The notes below the pieces were generated by a model. It was not told the origin of the DNA. It was given only the letters and a program-made list of their open reading frames with translations, and did no database searches. Positions 1 to 9,962 of a stretch of 64,000 bases of DNA are shown in pieces. This DNA is from an uncultured Gammaproteobacteria bacterium (GTDB taxonomy: Bacteria; Patescibacteriota; Patescibacteriia; Patescibacteriales; Patescibacteriaceae), in NCBI GenBank assembly GCA_964599395.1, contig CAZRDY010000002.1, forward strand, positions 189,990 to 253,989, read 5' to 3'. A program made the position numbers and the translations under genes. The stretch's first letter is position 1. The number at the start of each line of letters is the position of its first letter.

Positions 1-1095
1 TTTAACGCGTTCGTATCCTTTTTGAATCAATTGCTGACGCAAATCATTGTTTTCAAGAAAAAAATCAATTGTTCCTTCTAATTCAATTTCATTAACAGGA
101 TTAATATACAAAGCGGCGTCCCCCAACACTTCCGGTAAACATGTGGCACTCGAGCTGATGACCGGGCACCCTCGCGACATAGCTTCAAGCGGAGGCAGCC
201 CAAAGCCTTCATAGCGTGAAGGAAAAACATAAGCTGCGGCATGTTTAAATAAAACTTCCAATTCTCGATCAGGAACATAACCCGGAAAAATTACTGCTTC
301 TGAGGCATTATCTTTGGCAAACTTTTTTAAACGTGCATAAAAATAATCTTCCTTACCAACTAAGACAAGTTTTAAGTCGGATCGCTTTCGATGAAGTTTA
401 TTAAATACTCTAATTAAAAATTCAAGATTTTTATGCGGGTAAGCGTTTCCAACATACAATAAATATGGTTCTAAAATACAATAATCAGATAAAATCTCAT
501 CAGGATTTAGTTTGGCGGCGAATAATGTGTCATGCCCACCAGATAAATTAGCCACTCCTTCATATGTTACTTCTATCTTTGAAGGATTAACCTTGAACTG
601 ATTGATAATATCGTCCTTGGTATATTTAGAAATTGCAATAATTTTTTTTGCCCGCCACACAGCCAATGTAATGCCGATACGATAAGCAATGTTTTTTATC
701 CAATACAGAATGGGCCCCAAAGTTGTCGCCCTCATTGTTGGGAAGCGAGTTAAAATTAAATCATGAATCGTAACAACAAATTTTGTCGGGCAGAAAACCG
801 GAACATTAAAATGCGGGAAATGCATCAAGTCAATTTTTTCACGAAATATAATAACAGGCATTTTCAATTGTTCTGCCAAGCTATACCAACGAACATCCGC
901 TAATACTTTTTTGTGCCGTGGATGATCGGAGTGAAATTCATCAAAATTATCCTTACTCAAAAAAATTACATATTCGTTATCTCGATCAATTTTTAAGACA
1001 TTATCAACCACTTCTTGAGTATAGCGACCCAGGCCCTTGCCTAAAGGACCGTAAAAACGAGCGTCAATTCCTATTCGAAAACGCTTTTTTTCCAT
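1..1095 (-). CDS. GT4-family glycosyltransferase, C-terminus cut by window edge
   Basis: Absent from the ORF track because no stop lies in the window. My translation from ATG 1095-1093 is open to nt 1: [30 protein letters not shown]...[27 protein letters not shown] (GT-B/GT4 EX7E region). Confidence 0.85.
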   Translation of the reverse strand, partial: MEKKRFRIGIDARFYGPLGKGLGRYTQEVVDNVLKIDRDNEYVIFLSKDNFDEFHSDHPRHKKVLADVRWYSLAEQLKMPVIIFREKIDLMHFPHFNVPVFCPTKFVVTIHDLILTRFPTMRATTLGPILYWIKNIAYRIGITLAVWRAKKIIAISKYTKDDIINQFKVNPSKIEVTYEGVANLSGGHDTLFAAKLNPDEILSDYCILEPYLLYVGNAYPHKNLEFLIRVFNKLHRKRSDLKLVLVGKEDYFYARLKKFAKDNASEAVIFPGYVPDRELEVLFKHAAAYVFPSRYEGFGLPPLEAMSRGCPVISSSATCLPEVLGDAALYINPVNEIELEGTIDFFLENNDLRQQLIQKGYERVK

Positions 1096-1169
1096 GAATA
1101 CATTATAGCATGAAGCCAAACTTAAAAGCCGCCGTATATATACGAGCGGCCTTTGAGTTATATTTTTGC

Positions 1170-1649
1170 TTACAAGGTACTCTTAATCTTCATTTGTTCT
1201 TCAGGTTTTTTTGCAAAGAGAAGAACAATGAAGTTACAAAATTCGAGAACGATCATGAGCCAGATAATCACTTTGTTGATAACATAAAACGAATGTGCTC
1301 CGTTTGAACCAACCACTTCATATAATGATGTATTGTTCATGTAGGGCAATACACCGTTAACCAGATACAAAACCATGATAAAGGCAAAGATTATATTAAA
1401 TATAATTGCCACACTTCTTTCTCTTACTATTAGACAATCAATAGTCGAGAAAGAAATAAACGCAGTACTGCCTCCAATAATAGCCCAGTGAAAGAACAAA
1501 TCATTTGAGGTCAGATTGCCAAACGCATTATATGCAAAAGCATAAAAATCGACGCACAATAATGCTGTGATGATTGCAAATATGATAAATCGGCCATATC
1601 CGTAACGCCAATTATCAAAACTACCAACTTCCGCCTGACTATACAGCAT
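1170..1649 (-). CDS. Small polytopic membrane protein, unknown function
   Basis: 159-aa ORF with 4-5 hydrophobic segments. Strong SD AAGGAGGG lies just upstream of ATG 1649. Confidence 0.6.
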   Translation of the reverse strand: MLYSQAEVGSFDNWRYGYGRFIIFAIITALLCVDFYAFAYNAFGNLTSNDLFFHWAIIGGSTAFISFSTIDCLIVRERSVAIIFNIIFAFIMVLYLVNGVLPYMNNTSLYEVVGSNGAHSFYVINKVIIWLMIVLEFCNFIVLLFAKKPEEQMKIKSTL

Positions 1650-1723
1650 CTCGCTACCCTCCTTAAATTAATTATTACTATATTTTAAAGAAACTTATTT
1701 TGTAGGGCTACTTTAGGTCCAAT

Positions 1724-3442
1724 CTATTGTGTTGTCAAGGAATTGAGTTTATAGAGATTAAACCTATCAGTAATCGCTTGCACCAATGAAAGAGATAGGC
1801 CGGCGCGAACCAGCGACCCGTTATTAAGATAATCTAAGTCTTCTTTTTTAAAAGAAAAATTATAATAATAAACCGGGACACGTCGCGCCAAGTTCGCGTA
1901 TTCGACAATCATATTCGGATCGTCAAATAAGCCAATCACAACTTTTCGTTCGGGAAACAACAGCTTATCATGATAACGAGTAATTATAATTGAATTTTCT
2001 TCAGTTAAGGACAGTATCGTCCTTAATTCAGTTTTAGCTACTGCTTGTTTTTCTATTGAGACTGCCAAGCCTTCTGAAGGTTCATTCCAAACATACTGGA
2101 CAGAAATAATAACAATCATTGCTAAAGCAACAAAACGAATTGCCCAGGCGTGTTTTATATTCCTAATCCATTGAGTAGCAGTAATCAGCGCCAAACTAGC
2201 TAAGGGCAGGGCTCCAAAATAAATCGGCAGCCAATAGCGTGTATAGGAATTTCCAATTGTAAAACTGTTCGGATCCGGATTATCAAAAAATGTCCAACTG
2301 CCATAATACAAAATAAGTAATACAGAAGCGCTTACCCAAGCGATTAAAAATATCCACTTTTCTTTAGAGTACTTTTTAAAAAAAGTTATGAGCACCAATA
2401 AGCCCGCTGCAGCTGACCAGAATAACCACGGAAACATATTCGTAATATAGGCATTAAAGAGTTTATAACTTTGCTCCGGCTTATAACCAAAATGAAAAAT
2501 AGTAGCTTTAATTTTTGCGACTATTGGTCGCAGTTCGTTAAATTTCCCGGCGATACCCGTATTAGCTAACTCTGCCCCACCTTGCTGCAAGGAAAATAAT
2601 GAATCATTTAATTCAGGATAACCGCTTGAAAAAAATGATCCGTAAAGCGCACCGTTCCAGTAGAGCATCGGGAGAAAAATAATAAAGACACCATACGCAA
2701 AAAAGAAAAGTCTCACCAAACCGATCTTACGAACATTACAAAGCCAAACGAAAACCATTAATGGGCCGACCCACAGTAATTCAGAACTGCGAGCTGCGAT
2801 CGCCAAACCGATAAACAAACCGGAACACAATGAAAAAATTAATGCGAAACCATTTTTTTTGAAATATCCTTTCACCTCTTGATTTCTTTCACTCATTCGC
2901 GATGCAAAGTATAGACCCGCAAAAAAGGCTGCTAAGAATAATACATTATGAAACATACTGCGGGCAGAATAGTATGTGTAAATTGGGAAAGCTGCTGCGA
3001 GTATTGTAGCAATCAAGGCATTATCTTTGCCAAAGATTCTTTTGACAAATAAATAAAAGAAAATCAGGCCAAAGATTCCGATAATCGGGGTTAGGTAAGG
3101 CAAAATACCGACACCGAATAATTTCGCCAACTTACCGTAGAGAATTGGCAATCCAAGAAAACTAACGGGTTTTATCAAACCGTAGTCAGAGCGAAAGCTG
3201 CGCGGATGAATAATGTCCTTGGCAATCAAATTGTATTTCTCAAAAAATGCCAAATTATCAGTCTCGGCATACAATTTAGCTACCGTATAATTAGCGGTTT
3301 CATCCGGAGACATCCATTTTGTAAAATCCTTGCTTTGGCTCAAATAATTAAAACTTGAAGAAAACAAAAAATAGCCGATACAAAGCGGAATAATAAACAA
3401 CCAGGGCCAGTTCTGTTGCAATCGTTCTTTTATGAGTTTCAT
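1724..3442 (-). CDS. GT-C fold glycosyltransferase (GT39/GT83, ArnT/PMT-like)
   Basis: 572 aa with many TM segments. First extracytoplasmic loop carries SPDETANYTVAKLYAE (DE..Y motif of ArnT/PMT-type enzymes). Soluble C-terminal domain. Confidence 0.65.
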   Translation of the reverse strand: MKLIKERLQQNWPWLFIIPLCIGYFLFSSSFNYLSQSKDFTKWMSPDETANYTVAKLYAETDNLAFFEKYNLIAKDIIHPRSFRSDYGLIKPVSFLGLPILYGKLAKLFGVGILPYLTPIIGIFGLIFFYLFVKRIFGKDNALIATILAAAFPIYTYYSARSMFHNVLFLAAFFAGLYFASRMSERNQEVKGYFKKNGFALIFSLCSGLFIGLAIAARSSELLWVGPLMVFVWLCNVRKIGLVRLFFFAYGVFIIFLPMLYWNGALYGSFFSSGYPELNDSLFSLQQGGAELANTGIAGKFNELRPIVAKIKATIFHFGYKPEQSYKLFNAYITNMFPWLFWSAAAGLLVLITFFKKYSKEKWIFLIAWVSASVLLILYYGSWTFFDNPDPNSFTIGNSYTRYWLPIYFGALPLASLALITATQWIRNIKHAWAIRFVALAMIVIISVQYVWNEPSEGLAVSIEKQAVAKTELRTILSLTEENSIIITRYHDKLLFPERKVVIGLFDDPNMIVEYANLARRVPVYYYNFSFKKEDLDYLNNGSLVRAGLSLSLVQAITDRFNLYKLNSLTTQ

Positions 3443-3480
3443 AGCTTAATGGTAGCAGTACTCGTAAACTTTTTGCAAAT

Positions 3481-3510
3481 AAAAAAAGGGATACTGTTAT
3501 CCCCTTTTTT
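3481..3510 (-). terminator. Intrinsic terminator (bidirectional shape) after the 253-aa orphan gene
   Basis: A7-GGGATA-ctgt-TATCCC-C-T6. On the minus strand the stem is followed by a run of 7 T. Confidence 0.6.
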
Positions 3511-3530
3511 CATAAAAAAATGAACTACTA

Positions 3531-4292
3531 CTATAGAGCCAGGATGTTTGCATGTTTAACCCTTTTCAGGTGTTTGTAATATGCTAGTCCTAAACCAAGG
3601 TATCTCGCAAAATTTGCCAACGGCATTGTTTCAAAACGTTGGTATATCTTTTGCACGCTTTCAAAATAGTTATTAACAACAACCTTAAAAGCGTTAACAT
3701 CATTTTCGGTTTTCCTGAACTTACTATCCCATATTGCAGCATTCATCAGGACATCGGACGAATACTGAATCCCCCAATCTGACATGCTGCAAAGGTTATC
3801 TTTTATCTCTTGGCTGAGACTAAGGACTTCCGGACGCTCGGGTTCAAGTTTGATAAGATTTGTTGAGCCGGAACCAAAGGTACCTCCAAAAAAATGTCTG
3901 TTCCAAGCAATAACCAAACTATTGAGTTTCTCGGGAAGCAGATGAACATTTTTCATCCCTGTCTGTTTTGCTTCCAGATCTTCAGCAAAGCATAACATCC
4001 CATTATCCCTGTAATGCTCCTGCAAATACAGCATGTGGGAATAGGAAACGCAACTCATGTATTCAGGTGAATCATAACCTGAATACGTATTGGTACGATT
4101 CAAAGGAATAGCATCTCTTGCTACATAGTCATGCACATACTTTCGTGCATAAATAAATTCCTCTGCTTTATCAAAGCGCTGCTCAGCTATCATCTTTAAA
4201 AAGTAATTGGATTTGGATATATCGATAACATTAAAATATCCCCACCAGTTCGGACAGCCACGAAATGCCAAATAACAAAAAATTGTTCTCAT
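3531..4292 (-). CDS. Hypothetical cytoplasmic protein (orphan), W/Y/C-rich
   Basis: 253-aa ORF. SD GGGAG lies 10 nt upstream of ATG 4292. Own promoter and terminator. No motif I can assign. Confidence 0.6.
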   Translation of the reverse strand: MRTIFCYLAFRGCPNWWGYFNVIDISKSNYFLKMIAEQRFDKAEEFIYARKYVHDYVARDAIPLNRTNTYSGYDSPEYMSCVSYSHMLYLQEHYRDNGMLCFAEDLEAKQTGMKNVHLLPEKLNSLVIAWNRHFFGGTFGSGSTNLIKLEPERPEVLSLSQEIKDNLCSMSDWGIQYSSDVLMNAAIWDSKFRKTENDVNAFKVVVNNYFESVQKIYQRFETMPLANFARYLGLGLAYYKHLKRVKHANILAL

Positions 4293-4344
4293 CTTGTATT
4301 ATCTCCCTTGGATTAAGTTTTTTATGAACATTATATTTTCTCTT

Positions 4345-4373
4345 TTTATACAATAAATACCACACCGGGTCAA
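4345..4373 (-). promoter_or_regulatory. Sigma70-type promoter of the 253-aa orphan gene
   Basis: Minus strand reads TTGACC (4373-4368), a 17-nt spacer, then TATAAA (4350-4345). Confidence 0.5.
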
Positions 4374-4420
4374 TAGACATCATATAGACGCCAGGACGAA
4401 CTCTTAGTATTATTAAGTCT

Positions 4421-6313
4421 ATGGACAAATATCAAGGCATTCTAACAAAACTACTGGTAACTGCGCCAATCTTAGTCGCCTGCTTTGGTTCTTTAATGTA
4501 TATTCTCTTTGGACTGACAGATCTAAGCATTTGGCTTGTTATTATCCTGACCTTACTAGGCGTCGTCTATTTTCTTCGTACTAATAATACACGTGATGAA
4601 ACCTCAGCATTATCTTCAAGAATCTCAATTTCTGAATGGCGTTTATTTGCCTTATTTATGTGCGTCTCTTTTGTTTCAATATACTTTCTCTACAACGGCA
4701 TAAGCGAGCGAGCTATTTTAACACCGTGGCAAGTCGTCAGCAAATGGTATTTTGTTTCATTTACTCTTGGAACAATACTCTTATCGTATTTAGTTACAAT
4801 ATCATCACGACTTACAAAGTATGCGCTCATCATACAAGCATTTTTACTGTATGGTGTTGCAGCGGTCGTCTACGGAATCGGCTATGGTTTTGATCCTTTT
4901 ATTCACGAAGCCGCAATTAAAGCGATTGAGCAACTCGGTCAAATCAAACCGTTAACGCCATACTATCTCGGTCACTACAGTTTAATTCTTGTTTTAAAAA
5001 CAATGAGTGGCCTCGGTATTCACTTTTGGTCAAAGTTTCTTATTCCCGCAATGGCCGCAATTCTTTTTCCTCTTCTTATAACACGTTGGTTATCACACCA
5101 CCACGGCGTTGAAAAAAATTGGATGGCACCAGCATTGTTTCTTTTTATGCTGCCCGCATCGCTTTTTATTGCTGGCACGCCGCAAAGTTTGGCTTATATA
5201 TTTTTAATGATTGTTATTTTCTGGCCTACGCCGAAACATAATCTCCAAGACAAATTAATAATTATTTTAGCGGCCCTCGCTGCTTTAGTAACTCAGCCAA
5301 TCGCCGGCATTGCCGCGTGTTTAGTTGTAGCGTACGACTTGACTAAGAATCTTCGTCTGGCAAAAAAATTGTACTCACTCATTATACTAGCGTTTGTCTT
5401 TGCCATACCCGCCGCCCTGTATCTGGTGAGTCGCTTTGATGCGACAACTGTGTCATCTTTTGTTTTGCCACAACTTACATGGCTCTTGGATTTTTGGCCC
5501 CAAAATCTAATTAAAGGCTCAATCGGTCTTAATTTCAGCTACCTGTTTGGCGGTCTACAAGGCCTTATAATAGCGTTTCTCTGCCTCGCTGGCGCTTATA
5601 TAGCACTTCGTAGTAATTCCAGTGAATTGAAACAAAGATATTTGTGGCCGGGCCTGGCGCTTTTTCTTGCAAGTATTCTTGCTAGTTCCATCAACTTCCA
5701 TTTTTTAATCGACTATGAACGCTCTGATTACCCCCAGCGAATTTTAATAAGCGCTTTAATAATTTGTCTACCACTTGTTATTATCTCTCTTGAACGTTTT
5801 ACTCGTTATCTTAATCTTGCGCCTCGCATAGTTATGATTTCAATTCTTCTTGCGTTTAGCGTCGCAATTACTGCGAACCTCTATCTTAGTTATCCGCGCT
5901 TTGACGATTTTGAAAATAGTCACAGTTATGCGACGTCACGAGCAGATATCTTAGCGACTCACTGGATAGATAAAGACGCTGCAGGAAAGCCTTACGCAGT
6001 ATTAGCAAACCAGCAAGTGAGCGCCGCCGCCTTGCGAGAATTCGGCTTTGCACATTATCTGAAAAATAATGTATTCTACTATCCGATCCCAACCGGCGCG
6101 CCACTCTACGGATATTTTTTAAGTACGGTCGATGCTCCGAAGTCTTCCACTATTGCAGAAGCTATGGAACTTGCAGGAGTTGATCGATTGTATCTTGTCT
6201 TAAATAATTATTGGTGGCGCTTTAAAGACCTTGCTCCTGAAATAGAAAAAATCGCCGATGAAACTCATGACATCGGCGACGGTCAGCTTAAAGTGTATAG
6301 ATTTACTAAATAA
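4421..6313 (+). CDS. Large polytopic membrane protein with C-terminal soluble domain (possible GT-C-like)
   Basis: 630-aa ORF with about 14 hydrophobic segments followed by a roughly 130-aa hydrophilic C-terminus. Sits in a glycosylation cluster. No firm family motif seen. Confidence 0.55.
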   Translation: MDKYQGILTKLLVTAPILVACFGSLMYILFGLTDLSIWLVIILTLLGVVYFLRTNNTRDETSALSSRISISEWRLFALFMCVSFVSIYFLYNGISERAILTPWQVVSKWYFVSFTLGTILLSYLVTISSRLTKYALIIQAFLLYGVAAVVYGIGYGFDPFIHEAAIKAIEQLGQIKPLTPYYLGHYSLILVLKTMSGLGIHFWSKFLIPAMAAILFPLLITRWLSHHHGVEKNWMAPALFLFMLPASLFIAGTPQSLAYIFLMIVIFWPTPKHNLQDKLIIILAALAALVTQPIAGIAACLVVAYDLTKNLRLAKKLYSLIILAFVFAIPAALYLVSRFDATTVSSFVLPQLTWLLDFWPQNLIKGSIGLNFSYLFGGLQGLIIAFLCLAGAYIALRSNSSELKQRYLWPGLALFLASILASSINFHFLIDYERSDYPQRILISALIICLPLVIISLERFTRYLNLAPRIVMISILLAFSVAITANLYLSYPRFDDFENSHSYATSRADILATHWIDKDAAGKPYAVLANQQVSAAALREFGFAHYLKNNVFYYPIPTGAPLYGYFLSTVDAPKSSTIAEAMELAGVDRLYLVLNNYWWRFKDLAPEIEKIADETHDIGDGQLKVYRFTK

Positions 6314-7376
6314 TTTCTTTACTGACTTTTTCCCAGTACTCTTTTGTTGTCGGAATAGCTAAGCGCGCTCTCCCTTCAGCGCTTAACTTTTTTAATTCCT
6401 CGGGGTTAGTTAAAGACCAGCGCATTAAATCTTGTAATGCTTCTACTCTCGGTTCAAAAAGTAATTGCGAAACGCCAATGCTTTCTGTAACTCCTCCGGT
6501 GTTGGAACCAATAACCGGAGTTTCGGCTCTCGCTGCTTCCAAAGCGACAGTCGGTAAATTTTCATAACAAATAGATGGCACAACAACGCAAGATGCTTGA
6601 GCTAAATATGTGTAAGGATTTTCAAATCCTCCCAAAAAAATAATTCTCGAATCCCGATACTGTTTTTTTAATCTTTCTAAAATCGTACCATCTCCGCCGA
6701 TTATTAATTTACAAGGCAATGATAATTGCCGAAAAGCCTTAAGTAACATTTCAACTCCTTTATGTTCCTCTACTTGGCCCAGATACAAAAAAGTAAAAAG
6801 TTCTGGCGGCATTATCTTAACATTAGTTGTTTCCAATGGATTTTTTAAAACAATGCAATTGTTATGTTTAAAAAAACCGCGTTCAAAATATAAAGTCTTA
6901 AGCCACTCTGAGGGAAAAACAACCAAGGCATCTTTTGGGAAGAAGAGTTTAACAATGAACTGATAAATCTTGGCAATAAAAGTATCAATACTTTTTTCTG
7001 TGCCATACATCATTAATCCGGACGGATGCAATAACTGAATGTCGTGCATAGTGTGAACTTTCTTTGCATTTCCCAAGGCGCGAAAAGCCAGCAAGCCGAA
7101 ACCGGTCAAATTATGTGTCCAAATAATATCAAATTTCCCACGTTTTATTTTTCTTCGTAAACGACCAAACGATGCCAAATCTAAAAAAGAGCTGCTGTGA
7201 TATATAAAACGACGCCACTTGGGCAAGGATGCCAAACGCGCATAATTTTGGTTAGCTTCAATAACTGTGATTTCATGGCCTGTTTCGTTTAAGTACGCTA
7301 TTAATGCCTGAATGGTGCGTTCTGCGCCACCTCGGATATGCGCACTAAAGCGATTGTTGATAAAACAAATTTTCAT
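6306..7376 (-). CDS. GT4-family glycosyltransferase
   Basis: MKICFINNRFSAHIRGGAERT N-terminus and ENLPTVALEAARAETPVIGSNTGG (EX7E region). ATG overlaps the upstream stop (TAATG at 7374-7378). Confidence 0.85.
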   Translation of the reverse strand: MKICFINNRFSAHIRGGAERTIQALIAYLNETGHEITVIEANQNYARLASLPKWRRFIYHSSSFLDLASFGRLRRKIKRGKFDIIWTHNLTGFGLLAFRALGNAKKVHTMHDIQLLHPSGLMMYGTEKSIDTFIAKIYQFIVKLFFPKDALVVFPSEWLKTLYFERGFFKHNNCIVLKNPLETTNVKIMPPELFTFLYLGQVEEHKGVEMLLKAFRQLSLPCKLIIGGDGTILERLKKQYRDSRIIFLGGFENPYTYLAQASCVVVPSICYENLPTVALEAARAETPVIGSNTGGVTESIGVSQLLFEPRVEALQDLMRWSLTNPEELKKLSAEGRARLAIPTTKEYWEKVSKEII

Positions 7377-8524
7377 TATTTTTTTTCTTTGGGAGGAGTA
7401 TACGCGATACGAAGATATGCAGCCTCAAGTCGTTCCCCTACTTTTTCCCAACTGTATCGCTGATCAATCCATTCACGAGCTTCTCGTCCCATGCGCTCAG
7501 CCAAGTTTGGCGATTCAATAAGCAAGGCAAGTTTCACAGCCAAATCTTCAGTGTCACCGGGCTTAATCAAAAAACCGTGTTGTTGGTTTCGGAATACGTT
7601 TCGAACGCCGGGCAAATTAGAAGCCACCACCGGTGTTGCGGATGACATTGCTTCCAAAAGAACCAAACCGAAAGCTTCACTTTTATTTATTGAAGGTAAA
7701 ACTGAAACACGCGCTTTTCTATACCAGGTTACCAAATCTTCATCCGTGGCATCATTGATAATCTTAACATTATTTTCAATCTGTAAAGTCTTTGCATCTT
7801 CAGCATACTTTTTCTCCAAATCTCCTTTGCCGACCAAAACCACTTGTGTTTGCGGATATTGAGCAATTACTTTAGCTGATGCTTTGAGTAGCTCGTTTAC
7901 TCCCTTGAAATAATGAGCTTTATCTAAGCCTCCGACAAATAAAATAATTGGATCACGCGGATATGGTCCGGGGGAAAAATAACTTGTGTCCACGCCAAAT
8001 GGAATCTCTATAAATGATGATTCATGATTCACGTAATAATCTGCCAGAGCGGATTGTTTAAGATAATCAAGAGAAGCGCAACTGACTGTTGATGCTATAC
8101 GCACAATAATGGGTAAGAAAAAGAACTGATACATTTTAAAAATTAATCCTTTAACGCCCGTTGCTACGGTGTCCATGTGATAATGCAATATCAGTTTGGC
8201 TTTAGGCAACAAAAGAGTGCTTAGCACAATAATGTCCGCGCTTCCATAAAACGGATAATGAAGATGCACGATGTCAAATGACCGCAAGCGCCAAAGGAGC
8301 TGTGGTAGAACAGCGGCGTTACCGATTGTTAGCAAAGGTCGCAAGCGCTGCACAGTAGTATTCTCTCCGATCATTTCAGTGCCCGCTTTTAAACCCTTAT
8401 AGGCCGGCGTAAATACCACGCTTTCATGTCCTCGACGCCCAATTTGCAAAGCAGCGTGATACACGCTGTTGCCCATGCCTCCTTTATATGGAGGAAAGGT
8501 GGAGATGACATGAGCGATTCTCAT
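7376..8524 (-). CDS. GT4-family glycosyltransferase
   Basis: MRIAHVISTFPPYKGGMGNSV N-terminus and SEAFGLVLLEAMSSATPVVASNLPG. Confidence 0.85.
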   Translation of the reverse strand: MRIAHVISTFPPYKGGMGNSVYHAALQIGRRGHESVVFTPAYKGLKAGTEMIGENTTVQRLRPLLTIGNAAVLPQLLWRLRSFDIVHLHYPFYGSADIIVLSTLLLPKAKLILHYHMDTVATGVKGLIFKMYQFFFLPIIVRIASTVSCASLDYLKQSALADYYVNHESSFIEIPFGVDTSYFSPGPYPRDPIILFVGGLDKAHYFKGVNELLKASAKVIAQYPQTQVVLVGKGDLEKKYAEDAKTLQIENNVKIINDATDEDLVTWYRKARVSVLPSINKSEAFGLVLLEAMSSATPVVASNLPGVRNVFRNQQHGFLIKPGDTEDLAVKLALLIESPNLAERMGREAREWIDQRYSWEKVGERLEAAYLRIAYTPPKEKK

Positions 8525-8525
8525 A

Positions 8526-8936
8526 TTATCTGGCGCGAAGCCATAAATATTTATGCCACAAAAAACCTATAACAAAAACACACGCTGCTTGAACAATATC
8601 ACTGGTCTCAACCCCGCCGTCTAAAAAAGCCGCTATAAACAATATTGACAATGGCAAGGCAAAAACAATAAACTCAGCTTTCATTTTATCACCATACGAC
8701 AATGTTAATGTCCTCAAGCTGAGTCCAGTCCCCTCACCCGCCCTTTTTTCACTTTGGGTCAGTCGCAGTTTTATAGCGAGAGCTCCAAGAAAAAAAGCGA
8801 TGGGCCAAGCAGAACGCAAAAAAGTGGCAAAGCTTGAAAAGCGATCGCCCTGGATGAAAAAAATAATACAAGAACCAACCAGCAACACAAAGAATGCTAT
8901 GTACAAAAAATTCAAGAGTAAATCCTTGGCGCTCAT
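8526..8936 (-). CDS. Small 4-TM membrane protein, unknown (candidate lipid-linked sugar flippase subunit)
   Basis: 136-aa ORF with 4 hydrophobic segments, packed 1 nt from the downstream GT4. Confidence 0.5.
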   Translation of the reverse strand: MSAKDLLLNFLYIAFFVLLVGSCIIFFIQGDRFSSFATFLRSAWPIAFFLGALAIKLRLTQSEKRAGEGTGLSLRTLTLSYGDKMKAEFIVFALPLSILFIAAFLDGGVETSDIVQAACVFVIGFLWHKYLWLRAR

Positions 8937-8942
8937 ATATTA

Positions 8943-9278
8943 TTATTCTCTATGCTTATTAGACAAAAATGCAATACTTCGTGTTAACGAAGTAATCTCT
9001 TTGCTCATTTTATCAATTGTCAAACGTAAACGGAAAATCCAATAAAATAACAAAGCAACAGCGATATAAAACAACAACTGAATACCAGTGCTTGAAAAAC
9101 CAAGATTGCTTACAAAAGCATCAATCGAATGAATAAAAATAATTAACAATCCCGCTAAAAACCAAAACCCCGTCCAAAAAATAAACTGAGTTTTGGAAAT
9201 TTGGTCTTTATAAAATTGCCAACCAAGTCGAATTATAAAAAATAGTACAACGGCTAAGCCAATTGATTCTTGTAACAT
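8943..9278 (-). CDS. Small membrane protein, DUF2304-like
   Basis: 111 aa with 3 TM segments plus an amphipathic C-terminal helix. Lies immediately downstream of a GT2 gene, the usual DUF2304 context. Family assignment is from memory. Confidence 0.5.
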   Translation of the reverse strand: MLQESIGLAVVLFFIIRLGWQFYKDQISKTQFIFWTGFWFLAGLLIIFIHSIDAFVSNLGFSSTGIQLLFYIAVALLFYWIFRLRLTIDKMSKEITSLTRSIAFLSNKHRE

Positions 9279-9282
9279 ATAC

Positions 9283-9960
9283 TTAATGATTCATTTTTGA
9301 AATAAACATATCACGCAATATTTTTAAACCACCACCAAAGCGTTGTCCAAAATCAGGATATAAAACGGTGATAGGCACTTCGTTGATTCGTAGTTCCGAA
9401 CGATGAGCCAATATTAGTATTTCTGAACAATGAGCCATTGCATCCTGTTTCCATTTTATTTCTTCGGCAGCACGTCGACTTAATGCCCGAAAACCGCTTT
9501 GCGGATCACTCGTCTGTATCTTAAAAATTAAACGATTGACCAAACGAGCCAAGGGCATGATTAGTTTTTCTTTCATATACGGCATGACGGTAGTATTATC
9601 AATGAAGCGAGAACCAAAAACTACGTCTGCACGACCTTCACGAATCGGTTCGAGCACTCTTGCTATATCCTCCACTCTGAATTGTCCATCAGCGTCAAAA
9701 TGCACGATAATATCAGCGCCTTGTTCAAGCGCATAATCAGTACCGGTTTTAAGCGCTGCGCCTTGACCGCGATTGACAGGATGACGCAAGATATCAACCG
9801 GAAGATCTTTGGTTAATCGATAAGTATCATCATCCGAGCCATCTTCAACAATAACAATCTTATCAACTTTATCTTGTAGTTCTTCTACAACACGCGGCAG
9901 AGCGAATTCACTGTGACGAGAATCTTCGTTCCAGGCCGGAATAATACAATATACTTTCAT
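9283..9960 (-). CDS. GT2 glycosyltransferase, polyprenyl-phosphate sugar synthase-like (DPM1/ArnC/GtrB-type, no TM tail)
   Basis: IIPAWNE...VIVEDGSDDDT...NRGQGAALKTG...FDADGQF (GT-A DXD architecture), 225 aa. Confidence 0.8.
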   Translation of the reverse strand: MKVYCIIPAWNEDSRHSEFALPRVVEELQDKVDKIVIVEDGSDDDTYRLTKDLPVDILRHPVNRGQGAALKTGTDYALEQGADIIVHFDADGQFRVEDIARVLEPIREGRADVVFGSRFIDNTTVMPYMKEKLIMPLARLVNRLIFKIQTSDPQSGFRALSRRAAEEIKWKQDAMAHCSEILILAHRSELRINEVPITVLYPDFGQRFGGGLKILRDMFISKMNH

Positions 9961-9962
9961 AA

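Noticed and set aside
78-278. 66-aa minus-strand ORF from the track
   Set aside because: It lies inside, and out of frame with, the long GT4 reading frame that is open from 1095 to the window edge. It is a shadow ORF.
4231-4428. 65-aa minus-strand ORF spanning the divergent promoter region
   Set aside because: It overlaps the 5' end of the 253-aa gene, covers its promoter elements, and has no SD.
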